From: Patescibacteria group bacterium
GTDB lineage: Bacteria > Patescibacteriota > Microgenomatia > UBA1400 > MFAQ01
NCBI GenBank assembly: GCA_038062695.1
Contig: JBBTWQ010000041.1
Location: 1-30,646 of the forward strand
Reading direction: 5' to 3'
DNA length: 30,646 nt
Shown here in pieces: positions 1 through 7,993 of this stretch. The notes beneath the pieces were generated by a model. The model made no database searches. It worked only from the letters and a program-made list of their open reading frames with translations, and was not told where the DNA came from. A program made the translations under genes and the position numbers. Positions within the stretch are counted from its first letter, which is position 1, and each line of letters begins with the position of its first letter.

Positions 1-49
1 CGGAATCCCGCCTTGGCGGTGATTGGTCGGTGCTCATAAAAGTTTAATT

Positions 50-123
50 TGGTCGGGGTGCGGAGAATTGAACTCCGGCCGAACGACCCCCAGCCGTTCA
101 TACTACCGTTATACGACACCCCG
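50..123 (-). tRNA. tRNA-Pro(GGG), CCA encoded
   Basis: Reverse complement CGGGGTG...CACCCCG-A-CCA forms a cloverleaf; anticodon arm AACGG-CT-GGG-GG-TCGTT; T-loop GTTCAATTC; extended -10 TGGTAAAAT just upstream on the minus strand (133-141). Confidence 0.95.
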
Positions 124-198
124 TACTCGCATATTTTACCACGGTTAGCTTCATTTACACCTCTTGCAAAGATAACCCGAAGGGTCTAGTCTTTACTT

Positions 199-1254
199 AT
201 GCCAAAAAAAGCCAAAGCCGAAAAAACAGTTGCCAGACACGCCGACCGCGACCATCGTCTGCTGGCCATCAAGATCGCCATGGCCCAAATCGAGAAACAA
301 TTTGGTGCCGGAGCAATTATGAAGATGGGAGATGAACATATCAATCAAAAAATCTCCGTCATCTCCACCGGTTCGATTAGTTTGGACATGGCTCTCGGCG
401 TCGGCGGTCTTCCCCGCGGCCGCGTCACTGAAATTTACGGCCCCGAAGCATCCGGGAAAACCACTCTGGCTCTTCATGTCATCGCCCAGGCTCAAAAAGC
501 CGGCGGTGCCGCCGCCTTTATCGATGCCGAACACGCCCTTGATCCCAAACGCGCCCATGGTATTGGGGTGAAGCTTGAAGACCTGCTCCTTTCCCAGCCG
601 GACAACGGCGAACAGGCCTTGGAAATTGCCGAAACTCTGATCCGCTCCGGTGGCGTTGACGTCATTGTCATCGACTCGGTCGCCGCTTTGGTCCCCAAGT
701 CAGAAATCGAAGGTGAGATGGGTGACTCAGTCATGGGGCTCCAGGCCCGTTTGATGAGTCAGGCCTTAAGGAAAATGACCGGCGCTATCAGCAAAAGTAA
801 ATGCGTCGTTATTTTTACTAATCAACTGCGCGAAAAGATCGGCGTCATGTTCGGCAATCCGGAGGTGACTACCGGCGGCCGGGCCCTCAAGTTTTACGCT
901 TCCGTCCGGATTGACATGAGAAAGATCGGCAATATTCAGGAGGGCGAAGAAATAGTCGGCAGCCGCCACCGGGCCAAGATTGTCAAAAACAAAGTCGCTC
1001 CGCCCTTCAAAGTGACCGAGTTTGATATTTTGAATGATGGCGGCATTTCCGCCACCGGCGATCTTTTAGACGTTGCCATCAACACCGGAATTATCGAAAA
1101 AGCCGGTGCCTTCCTGAAGTACAAGGGTAAGCTCCTGGCCCAGGGCCGAGAAGCCGCCCGAAAACTTCTTGGCCAAAAACAAGAGTTGTTCGACGAAATC
1201 AAGGCCGCTGTTATCGCCAATGGACCAGCCCATGCTGCCGCCCCAGTCGAGTAA
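199..1254 (+). CDS. recA: Recombinase RecA
   Basis: GPEASGKTT Walker [41 protein letters not shown] motifs. Confidence 0.99.
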   Translation: MPKKAKAEKTVARHADRDHRLLAIKIAMAQIEKQFGAGAIMKMGDEHINQKISVISTGSISLDMALGVGGLPRGRVTEIYGPEASGKTTLALHVIAQAQKAGGAAAFIDAEHALDPKRAHGIGVKLEDLLLSQPDNGEQALEIAETLIRSGGVDVIVIDSVAALVPKSEIEGEMGDSVMGLQARLMSQALRKMTGAISKSKCVVIFTNQLREKIGVMFGNPEVTTGGRALKFYASVRIDMRKIGNIQEGEEIVGSRHRAKIVKNKVAPPFKVTEFDILNDGGISATGDLLDVAINTGIIEKAGAFLKYKGKLLAQGREAARKLLGQKQELFDEIKAAVIANGPAHAAAPVE

Positions 1255-1708
1255 CCCAAAAGCAGTCCTGGAAAGTACCGCTATCCACTTCCTTTCATAT
1301 CGACCGCGCTTCACCGCGGAGGTAATTAATCGTCTGGTCAAGAAGGCCAAAGAGCTCGGTCTAGCCGATTCCCCTACTTTAATTAATCAAATTATCGCCT
1401 CCCTGGAAAAATCCGGTTTTCTCGACGACAAAAAACTTCTCGAAAGCTACATCCGTTCCCGGCTGGTCGAAAAGAAAAAAGGGCCCTACTGGATTAGACA
1501 ACATCTAGTGCGCTTCGGTCTTTCGAAGTTCGAAATTGACGCCGCACTGGCAAAATTTGCCGACAAACCATCCCAGCTGGCGGTAATCAGAAACTATCTC
1601 GAGCAGTACTTGACTATTGACCTCAAGACCAAAGCCGGGGTATTCCGCCGCCTCGTCGGTCGCGGCTTTTCCGCCTCTCTGGTGGCGGAAGCGTTTGACG
1701 AGAGGTAG
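1220..1708 (+). CDS. recX: Regulatory protein RecX (start at 1220 or 1232)
   Basis: Directly downstream of and overlapping recA; [34 protein letters not shown] helical-repeat motifs typical of RecX. Confidence 0.85.
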   Translation: MDQPMLPPQSSNPKAVLESTAIHFLSYRPRFTAEVINRLVKKAKELGLADSPTLINQIIASLEKSGFLDDKKLLESYIRSRLVEKKKGPYWIRQHLVRFGLSKFEIDAALAKFADKPSQLAVIRNYLEQYLTIDLKTKAGVFRRLVGRGFSASLVAEAFDER

Positions 1709-1724
1709 CTCCTCGAAGTATAAT
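1695..1724 (+). promoter_or_regulatory. Sigma70-type promoter upstream of the structured RNA and rny
   Basis: TTGACG (1695-1700), 18-nt spacer, TATAAT (1719-1724). Confidence 0.75.
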
Positions 1725-1733
1725 CAACTACTA

Positions 1734-1845
1734 GATCAAATCACAAAGCCGGGCAATCTAAATCACATGACTTTTAACTCTTTGCCAAACCTAGGAACCC
1801 TTTCCAAGAACCCCGCCTAGCGGGACTGCTTTGTCGGATTTGATC
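1734..1845 (+). ncRNA. Candidate structured RNA (6S-like or rny leader)
   Basis: GATCAAATC-ACAAAGC (1734-1749) pairs with GCTTTGT-cg-GATTTGATC (1828-1845); begins about 10 nt after a consensus -10; lies upstream of rny, a common 6S RNA location. Confidence 0.5.
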
Positions 1846-1870
1846 ACATTACTATTTGTGATCATCTACC

Positions 1871-3364
1871 ATGTCCTTACTTTCAATTCTTAAAGCCAAG
1901 ACAGCTCAAGCCAGGCCCCCTGCCGCTCCCGCCCCCGTCACCAAGCCGACCGTTACCAGCCCCGACCTGGCCCAGATCCAGTCCACTGCCCGCGAAATCA
2001 TCCTCGAGGCCAAGGATGAGGCCATCAGGATCAAAGACCAGGCGGTCAGGGATGCCAGAGAGCGCCTGTCGGAAATCGAGGCCCAAGCGAAATCACTGAC
2101 CCAAAAACAACAGGAACTAACGCGGCAGGAGCACGAGGTCAATCGGACCAGGTTAACCCTCGAAGATGAACAAAAAAAAGCCGAAAAAATGGGCACCGAC
2201 CTGATAGCGAAGCAGGAAGAACTGGTCAAAAAGCTCGAAAAAATTGCCTCCCTGACCACCGATGAAGCCCGGGAAATTCTCCTAACCGAGGTCCGGAAAA
2301 AATCGACCGCCCAAATCGCCAAATCGATTAAAGAAGCTGAAGAAAAAGCCAAGTCGGAAGGCGATGAACTGGCCAAGGAAATCTTGGTCGATGCCATGCG
2401 CGCCGGCGCCACCGACTATGTCGCCGAATTTACCGTTTCCACCGTGGCCATTCCCGACGAGGAAACCAAGGGCCGCATCATCGGCAAGGAGGGCCGCAAT
2501 ATCCGCGTTTTCGAAAAAGTCTCCGGCGTTGATATCAGTATGGACGAAACCCCGGGCGAGATTCGTCTTTCTAGCTTTAACTCGGTTCGCCGTGAAATTG
2601 CCCGCGTCGCTCTAACTCGTCTGATCAAAGACGGTCGCATCCAGCCGGCTCGGATCGAGGAATATCTCGAGCATGCCCGACTCGACGTCGAACGGATTAT
2701 GTTCCAGGAAGGTGAGCGGCTTTGTCACGCCGTTGGCGTTTACAACCTTCCCCGCGAGATTATCGCCATGCTGGGCAAATTCAAGTTCCGCTCTTCCTAC
2801 GGTCAGAACATGATCGCCCACACCCTGGAAGAAACCCAAATCGGTATTCGTCTGGCCCAGGAGGTCAAGGCCAATGTTGACACCGTCCGTCTTGGTTGTC
2901 TGCTCCATGACATCGGCAAGGTCGTCGACGATATCGAGGGTAGCCACGTCGAGCTCGGGGTCAACTTCTTGAAGAAATTCAACCTCCCCCAAGCCGTCAT
3001 CGATACGGTTGAGCAACACCACGAAGACCGTGAGTTTACTAGCAAAGAGTCGGTTTTAGTCTACATTGCTGACGCTATTTCCGGTTCTCGTCCGGGCGCC
3101 CGCCACGAAAACGTCGAGGACTACATCAAACGGCTTAACCGACTTGAAGAGATTGCCAATAGTCACGAAGGTGTGGCCGAGTCATTCGCTATTCAGGCCG
3201 GTCGGGAACTCCGCGTCGTCGTCACTCCGGAAGAGATCGCCGATGACCAACTGCCGATTCTGGCCAGCGCCATCAAAGACGAAATCCAAAACAGTCTTAC
3301 TTACCCCGGCACCGTCAAGGTGACCGTCATCCGCGAGACCCGGGCCATCGACGTGGCGAAATGA
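1871..3364 (+). CDS. rny: Ribonuclease Y
   Basis: Coiled coil, KH domain (KGRIIGKEGRNIR), HD domain (LLHDIGK), C-terminal AIQAGRELRV...YPGTVKVTVIRE. Confidence 0.97.
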   Translation: MSLLSILKAKTAQARPPAAPAPVTKPTVTSPDLAQIQSTAREIILEAKDEAIRIKDQAVRDARERLSEIEAQAKSLTQKQQELTRQEHEVNRTRLTLEDEQKKAEKMGTDLIAKQEELVKKLEKIASLTTDEAREILLTEVRKKSTAQIAKSIKEAEEKAKSEGDELAKEILVDAMRAGATDYVAEFTVSTVAIPDEETKGRIIGKEGRNIRVFEKVSGVDISMDETPGEIRLSSFNSVRREIARVALTRLIKDGRIQPARIEEYLEHARLDVERIMFQEGERLCHAVGVYNLPREIIAMLGKFKFRSSYGQNMIAHTLEETQIGIRLAQEVKANVDTVRLGCLLHDIGKVVDDIEGSHVELGVNFLKKFNLPQAVIDTVEQHHEDREFTSKESVLVYIADAISGSRPGARHENVEDYIKRLNRLEEIANSHEGVAESFAIQAGRELRVVVTPEEIADDQLPILASAIKDEIQNSLTYPGTVKVTVIRETRAIDVAK

Positions 3365-3376
3365 CAAAAAGAGGAC

Positions 3377-3406
3377 TTGCATAATAGCGAACTCTGGTGG
3401 TAGTAT
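3377..3406 (+). promoter_or_regulatory. Promoter for HU-miaB-miaA-AI-2E
   Basis: TTGCAT (3377-3382), 18-nt spacer, extended -10 TG-g-TAGTAT (3398-3406). Confidence 0.55.
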
Positions 3407-3433
3407 CAGTCAAAATTATTATTAAAGAAAGTT

Positions 3434-3709
3434 ATGACCAAACAAGACGCCATCAACATCGTTGCCAAAAAAGCCCACCTCACCAAAAAAGCCGCCAAGG
3501 AAGCCATCGAAACCTTTTTTAGCGAGGTTATCACCGCTCTCAACAAAGGCGACAAAGTTGTTATCTCCGGTTTTGGTACCTTTTATGTCGCCAAGGTCGC
3601 CGATAAACAGGTCGTCCCTTTCGGCAATGAAAAGGCTCGTCAGACGATCAAGGGTCACAAAGTGATCAACTTCCGCGTCGGCAAACCTCTGAAGAAGAAG
3701 GTTTGGTAA
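3434..3709 (+). CDS. HU/IHF family DNA-binding protein
   Basis: MTKQD.I..VA, GDKVVISGFGTF and F..GK.LK motifs; 91 aa, basic. Confidence 0.93.
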   Translation: MTKQDAINIVAKKAHLTKKAAKEAIETFFSEVITALNKGDKVVISGFGTFYVAKVADKQVVPFGNEKARQTIKGHKVINFRVGKPLKKKVW

Positions 3710-4854
3710 TGAAGAGGTATTTCCTAAAGACATTTGGCTGTCAAGCCAATAAATCCGATTCCGAACGGATCGCCGGCGATTACCAGTCGCGGGGGTGGGA
3801 ACCCTCCGACCGCTGGCAGGATGCCGCTGAAATCGTCATCAATACTTGTTCGGTTCGGGAGCGCGCCGAAGACCGGGTCAAAGGTTTTCTTCTCAATGTC
3901 GAAAAGCATTTTCACGGCCGGCGCCGGCCGAAGATCATTCTCACCGGCTGCATGCTCCACCACGGGGCGGGGAAAATAAAAGCCGCCTTGCCTCTTGTTG
4001 ACGAAATTCTGCCCATCGGTGAAGTCGGTTTCAATTCCCCCGCCGTCAGAGGCGACAAAACTCACGCCTTTGTCCCCATCTCCACCGGCTGTAATTCTTT
4101 TTGCACTTTCTGTATCGTCCCTTACTCACGGGGGCGGGAAAAAAGCCGCCGGTCTTCCGACATCCTGGCCGAAGTCAAGGGACTTGCCGCTACCGGCTAC
4201 ACCGAAATTACCCTCCTTGGCCAAAACGTCAACTCCTATGGACTGGAAAAAGCGGGCATCGGCTACCGGAAGTTGCTTATGAGCCGCGAAGGCTTTAGCC
4301 TGAAAGATATCCCCAGCAACCAATCACAATATTTCCCACCCGATGGCGTTCCCCCCTTCGTCACTTTGCTCCGCCAGATTAGCCAGATCGCCGGTATCGA
4401 GAAAATTAACTTTATGACCAGCAATCCTTGGGACTTCGCCGACGTTCTGATCGCCGAGATTGCCGCTAACGGCAAAATCAGCCGCTTTGTCCATTTGCCG
4501 GTTCAGTCGGGCAGCGACCGGATTTTATCCCTCATGAATCGCGGCTATACCCGCGCCGATTTCCTCACTTTAATTAATAAAATCAAAAAGGCAATTCCCG
4601 ATGTTACCTTTGGCACCGACATCATCGTTGGTTTTCCGGGAGAAACGGATACCGACTTTAAAGAAACAGTCGATTTAGTTAAACAGGTCGATTTTCAGAT
4701 CGCCTTTGTCGCCCAGTATTCTCCCCGTCCCGGTACCGCCGCCTGGCGCATCTATCCGGACGATGTTCCTGCTAAAGTAAAGAAAGAGCGCTTCCGCATT
4801 TTAGAAGAACTGACCAACCAGGCCCACCTGCACCACCGACCCCATGTCCCCTAA
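3709..4854 (+). CDS. miaB: tRNA methylthiotransferase MiaB-like radical SAM enzyme, no TRAM domain
   Basis: TFGCQAN, NTCSVR, TGCM (UPF0004 domain); GCNSFCTFC CxxxCxxC; HLPVQSGSD; DIIVGFPGET; TAATG overlap with the HU stop; adjacent to miaA. Confidence 0.9.
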   Translation: MKRYFLKTFGCQANKSDSERIAGDYQSRGWEPSDRWQDAAEIVINTCSVRERAEDRVKGFLLNVEKHFHGRRRPKIILTGCMLHHGAGKIKAALPLVDEILPIGEVGFNSPAVRGDKTHAFVPISTGCNSFCTFCIVPYSRGREKSRRSSDILAEVKGLAATGYTEITLLGQNVNSYGLEKAGIGYRKLLMSREGFSLKDIPSNQSQYFPPDGVPPFVTLLRQISQIAGIEKINFMTSNPWDFADVLIAEIAANGKISRFVHLPVQSGSDRILSLMNRGYTRADFLTLINKIKKAIPDVTFGTDIIVGFPGETDTDFKETVDLVKQVDFQIAFVAQYSPRPGTAAWRIYPDDVPAKVKKERFRILEELTNQAHLHHRPHVP

Positions 4855-5764
4855 ATCCCGCGTCCTCATCATCGCCGGCCCTACTGCTTCAGGTAAGACC
4901 GCTCTCGCTCTTCGCCTCGCCGAAGTCTCGACGAAGGCGGGCCGGCGGCCCACCTCGATCATTTCTGCCGACTCCCGTCAGGTTTATCAGGGCCTCGACG
5001 TCTTGACCGGCAAGGATATCCCCGCCGAAAAAGCCAACCTCCGTTTGTTCGGCCTCGATCTCATCGCTCCTGATCAGACAATGAATGCCGCCCAGTATTC
5101 TGACTACGCCCGAAAAGTTATCGCGCTTGAAATCAAAGAGCACCGTCAAGTCATAATCGTCGGCGGTACCGGTTTTTATCTCCAGGCCCTGGTCGGCCCG
5201 GCCAGCCTCGCCGCCGTCGCTCCCAATGACCGCCTCAGACAGGAATTAAACCGGCTCCCGCTGGGAGAGCTTCAACATAGACTAAAAGAGATCGACGCCA
5301 AAAGACTGGCCGCCATGAACCAGTCCGACGTCGCCAATCCCCGCCGCCTCATTCGCGCCATCGAAATCGCTCTTGCTCCTACAAGGACTGTCCTCGTAGG
5401 GGGATTGGGCTACGAGGACAGTCCTTGTAGGTTTACCTGGATCGGCATTAGAGTTCCTCTTACAATTCTTAAAGAAAGAATCGCCGCCCGCGTCGAAGCT
5501 CGTCTTGATGCGGCTGTAACTGAGGTCCAAGACCTCCTCGCCGCCTACCCCGACCGGTCTCTTCCTATTTATACCTCGCTTGGCGTTGCCCCCATCTCGC
5601 GCTTTCTGGCTGGCGCAATTAGCCGCGGGGAAGCCCGACAACTCTGGACGACCGAAGAAGTCCAGTACGCCAAACGCCAATTGACCTGGTTTGCCAAACA
5701 GCAACAAATAATTTGGTATGATCTAGATGAGGTTAGTAAATTAAATTTAGATAAACTCGTATGA
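4844..5764 (+). CDS. miaA: tRNA dimethylallyltransferase
   Basis: GPTASGKT, SADSRQVY, IVGGTGFYL, NPRRLIRAIEI, YAKRQLTWF. Confidence 0.96.
   Translation: MSPKSRVLIIAGPTASGKTALALRLAEVSTKAGRRPTSIISADSRQVYQGLDVLTGKDIPAEKANLRLFGLDLIAPDQTMNAAQYSDYARKVIALEIKEHRQVIIVGGTGFYLQALVGPASLAAVAPNDRLRQELNRLPLGELQHRLKEIDAKRLAAMNQSDVANPRRLIRAIEIALAPTRTVLVGGLGYEDSPCRFTWIGIRVPLTILKERIAARVEARLDAAVTEVQDLLAAYPDRSLPIYTSLGVAPISRFLAGAISRGEARQLWTTEEVQYAKRQLTWFAKQQQIIWYDLDEVSKLNLDKLV
5378..5431. repeat. Perfect 22-bp inverted repeat (54-bp REP-doublet-like hairpin) in frame inside miaA
   Basis: CCTACAAGGACTGTCCTCGTAG (5378-5399), loop GGGGATTGGG, CTACGAGGACAGTCCTTGTAGG (5410-5431). Confidence 0.95.
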
Positions 5765-6789
5765 GCAGCAAAAAAATAACCGTCGATCTATCTTTCCGCA
5801 GTTACATTCTGGCGGTTATCGTCCTTCTCTCCATTCTCTTCTTCCAGAACATTCTCGGTATTTTGATACTGGTCTTTGTCTCTTTTCTCATCACTGTCGC
5901 CGTCGTCCCCTTTGTCGATTTTCTCGAGAGAAAACGTATTCCCCGAGGGCTGTCCACTTTTATCATCCTCCTTTTGATCTTTTCCGGCATCATTACCCTA
6001 GCTGTTTCCATGATCTCACCCTTGATTTCGCAAACGATCGGTTTCCTTCAACAGCTCCCCCCCCTGATTGCGCGACTCGCTCCCTACAATATCGACCTCT
6101 CGGGAGCCTTGACCCCCCAAATCACCTCTGTCCCGGGTAACGTCCTAAAACTAGCCGCCGGCACCTTTTCCAGCCTCTTGGCCCTTTTCACCGTCATTGT
6201 CATTAGTTACTATCTGGTCGCCGAGCGTTCTCACCTCAAAACCCGCCTCGAGTCTTGGTTTGACGCCGCCCGCGCCAAAAGATACCTTCATTCGGTCGAA
6301 GAACTCGAAAAACGTCTCGGTTCCTGGGTCAGGGGTCAAATTTTCCTCATGTTTCTGGTCGGTTTCCTAAGTTATATCGGCTTTGTCTTCATCGGCTTGC
6401 CGTCAGCCGTGCCCTTGGCCGTGATTGCTGGCGTTCTCGAACTGCTCCCGAACGTTGGTCCGACCGTTGCCGCCGTTCCGGCCGTGATTGTTGGTTTCTC
6501 AATCTCACCCACCCATGGCCTCCTCGCCCTCGGCTTGACCATCCTGATCCAACAGCTGGAAAATAATGTCTTTGTTCCGAAAATCATGCAGCACGCCACC
6601 GGCCTTCACCCCGTCGCCACCATCCTCGTTTTGATGATCGGTTATCGCCTGGGTGGTCCCCTTCTGGCCGTCCTTGCCCTGCCCCTGGTCCTCAGTTTGC
6701 TGTTAGTTATCTCCCACCTCCACACTCCGACAAAAGAGGGTCTGGGTGAGGAAATCAAAGAAGAAATCAAGAAAGATCTTTCCCTTTAA
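5761..6789 (+). CDS. AI-2E family transporter
   Basis: Multiple TM helices; WVRGQ, ELLPNVGP, IQQLENN...PKIM, GLHP motifs. Confidence 0.93.
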   Translation: MSSKKITVDLSFRSYILAVIVLLSILFFQNILGILILVFVSFLITVAVVPFVDFLERKRIPRGLSTFIILLLIFSGIITLAVSMISPLISQTIGFLQQLPPLIARLAPYNIDLSGALTPQITSVPGNVLKLAAGTFSSLLALFTVIVISYYLVAERSHLKTRLESWFDAARAKRYLHSVEELEKRLGSWVRGQIFLMFLVGFLSYIGFVFIGLPSAVPLAVIAGVLELLPNVGPTVAAVPAVIVGFSISPTHGLLALGLTILIQQLENNVFVPKIMQHATGLHPVATILVLMIGYRLGGPLLAVLALPLVLSLLLVISHLHTPTKEGLGEEIKEEIKKDLSL

Positions 6790-6803
6790 TAAATCTGGTC
6801 AAA

Positions 6804-7126
6804 GTGTTAACAACCAAGCCTCATAAGCCGGATTCTGTTTAAGAAGATATCTGTCTATGCCTTTAAACTTTAGGTCGGGGAAAAGACACCCATAGACCAA
6901 TTCGAAAGTTGCAGCGGGGCGGGTTGCCACCCCCAAATCATTTCTGACAAGGGGTCTCCCGCTATTGCGGGAACGTTTCACCTTTAATCGTCTCTGTGGC
7001 CCTATCGCGGTCCGATACTTGCGTACCGGACGACCGCCTTTCGGGGGTCACCCTGTCTTTTAGCTGTCCGGACTTTCCTCCCCCCGCCAAGGCGGGGGGC
7101 ATCTTCCCGGGCCAGTTTGTTAACAC
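6804..7126 (-). ncRNA. rnpB: RNase P RNA (bacterial type A-like, reduced)
   Basis: Minus strand has GAGGAAAGTCCGGAC and ACAGAATCCGGCTTAT (P4 strands), P1 GTGTTAACAA/TTGTTAACAC, P2 GAAGAT/ATCTTC, P6 AAAAGACA/TGTCTTTT; extended -10 TGaTATAAT at 7132-7140. Confidence 0.95.
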
Positions 7127-7231
7127 CCCATATTATATCAAGTTTTAACGACCCTCGCCTTGGCAGGATCACCTTAGCCTCACTTTTGCTCTGAATATAA
7201 CCGTTCATTATCACTTGTGATAGGATAAACC

Positions 7232-7930
7232 ATGACAGATAACTTTTTTCTCAATGTCCAGAACTCGCTTTTGACGGCCGCTGTCTCCATTTTGACCAGC
7301 ATCGTCTCCTACATTCCGACCCTCCTGGCCGCCCTGACCGTCTTCGTCATCGGCCTGGTCTTGGCCAACTGGCTGAAACTCCTGGTTATCAAATTGCTTA
7401 ACCTGCTCCGCCTTTCCGATCTTCTGGGCAAGAGCGGCGCTAAACAGTTTTTAGCCAACGCCGATGTTACCCAGAAAGTGGAGATCGTCATTGGCCAATT
7501 GGTCCGCTATATCGTCATTCTCATCTTCGCCGTCGCCGCCATTAATCTTCTTGGTCTCAACACCGTCACCCAGGTGTTAAATGGGCTACTTAGCTACATC
7601 CCGAATATTCTGGCCGCCGTCTTTATCCTCGGCGCCGGCGTCGTTCTGGCCGGTTTCTTGGAAAAAGTCGTCAAGGGCTCGCTTGGCAGCCTTGACTTGA
7701 AGCTATCCCGTCTCATGGCCAAAGCCACCAGTTATTTAATCGTCGTCTTTGCCACCCTGGCGGCTATTTCTCAGTTGGGGATTGCCAAAAACTTTATCGA
7801 CACCCTTTTCGTCGGCTTCGTCGGCATGCTCGCCCTCGCCCTTGGCCTCTCCCTCGGCTTGGGCAGTAAGGATCTGGTCAAAAGCATTCTCGAAGATTGG
7901 TATAAAGGTTTCAAGAAAGAACTAAAATAG
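7232..7930 (+). CDS. Conserved TM-helix repeat membrane protein (CmpX / MscS-associated TM_helix type)
   Basis: Two repeats of YIP(N/T)(I/L)LAA followed by hydrophobic helices; LSLGLGSKDLV C-terminal motif. Confidence 0.75.
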   Translation: MTDNFFLNVQNSLLTAAVSILTSIVSYIPTLLAALTVFVIGLVLANWLKLLVIKLLNLLRLSDLLGKSGAKQFLANADVTQKVEIVIGQLVRYIVILIFAVAAINLLGLNTVTQVLNGLLSYIPNILAAVFILGAGVVLAGFLEKVVKGSLGSLDLKLSRLMAKATSYLIVVFATLAAISQLGIAKNFIDTLFVGFVGMLALALGLSLGLGSKDLVKSILEDWYKGFKKELK

Positions 7931-7993
7931 GCAGTGGCAGAATGGGCCATATCATTGTGATATAAACTTGGCAGATAAGAGTTTCGACAAAAC

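Noticed and set aside
2150-2160. AGGTTAACCCT in rny, resembling the AGG-N5-CCT unit
   Set aside because: Single imperfect copy in a coiled-coil coding region; expected by chance.
3709-4854. MiaB without TRAM, plus short GluRS, SecF and Rel, as possible pseudogenes
   Set aside because: Catalytic motifs are intact and reading frames uninterrupted; consistent with domain trimming in reduced genomes.
6799-7214. ORFs 6799-6981 (-) and 7002-7214 (-)
   Set aside because: They overlap the RNase P RNA gene and its promoter, and show no protein motifs.
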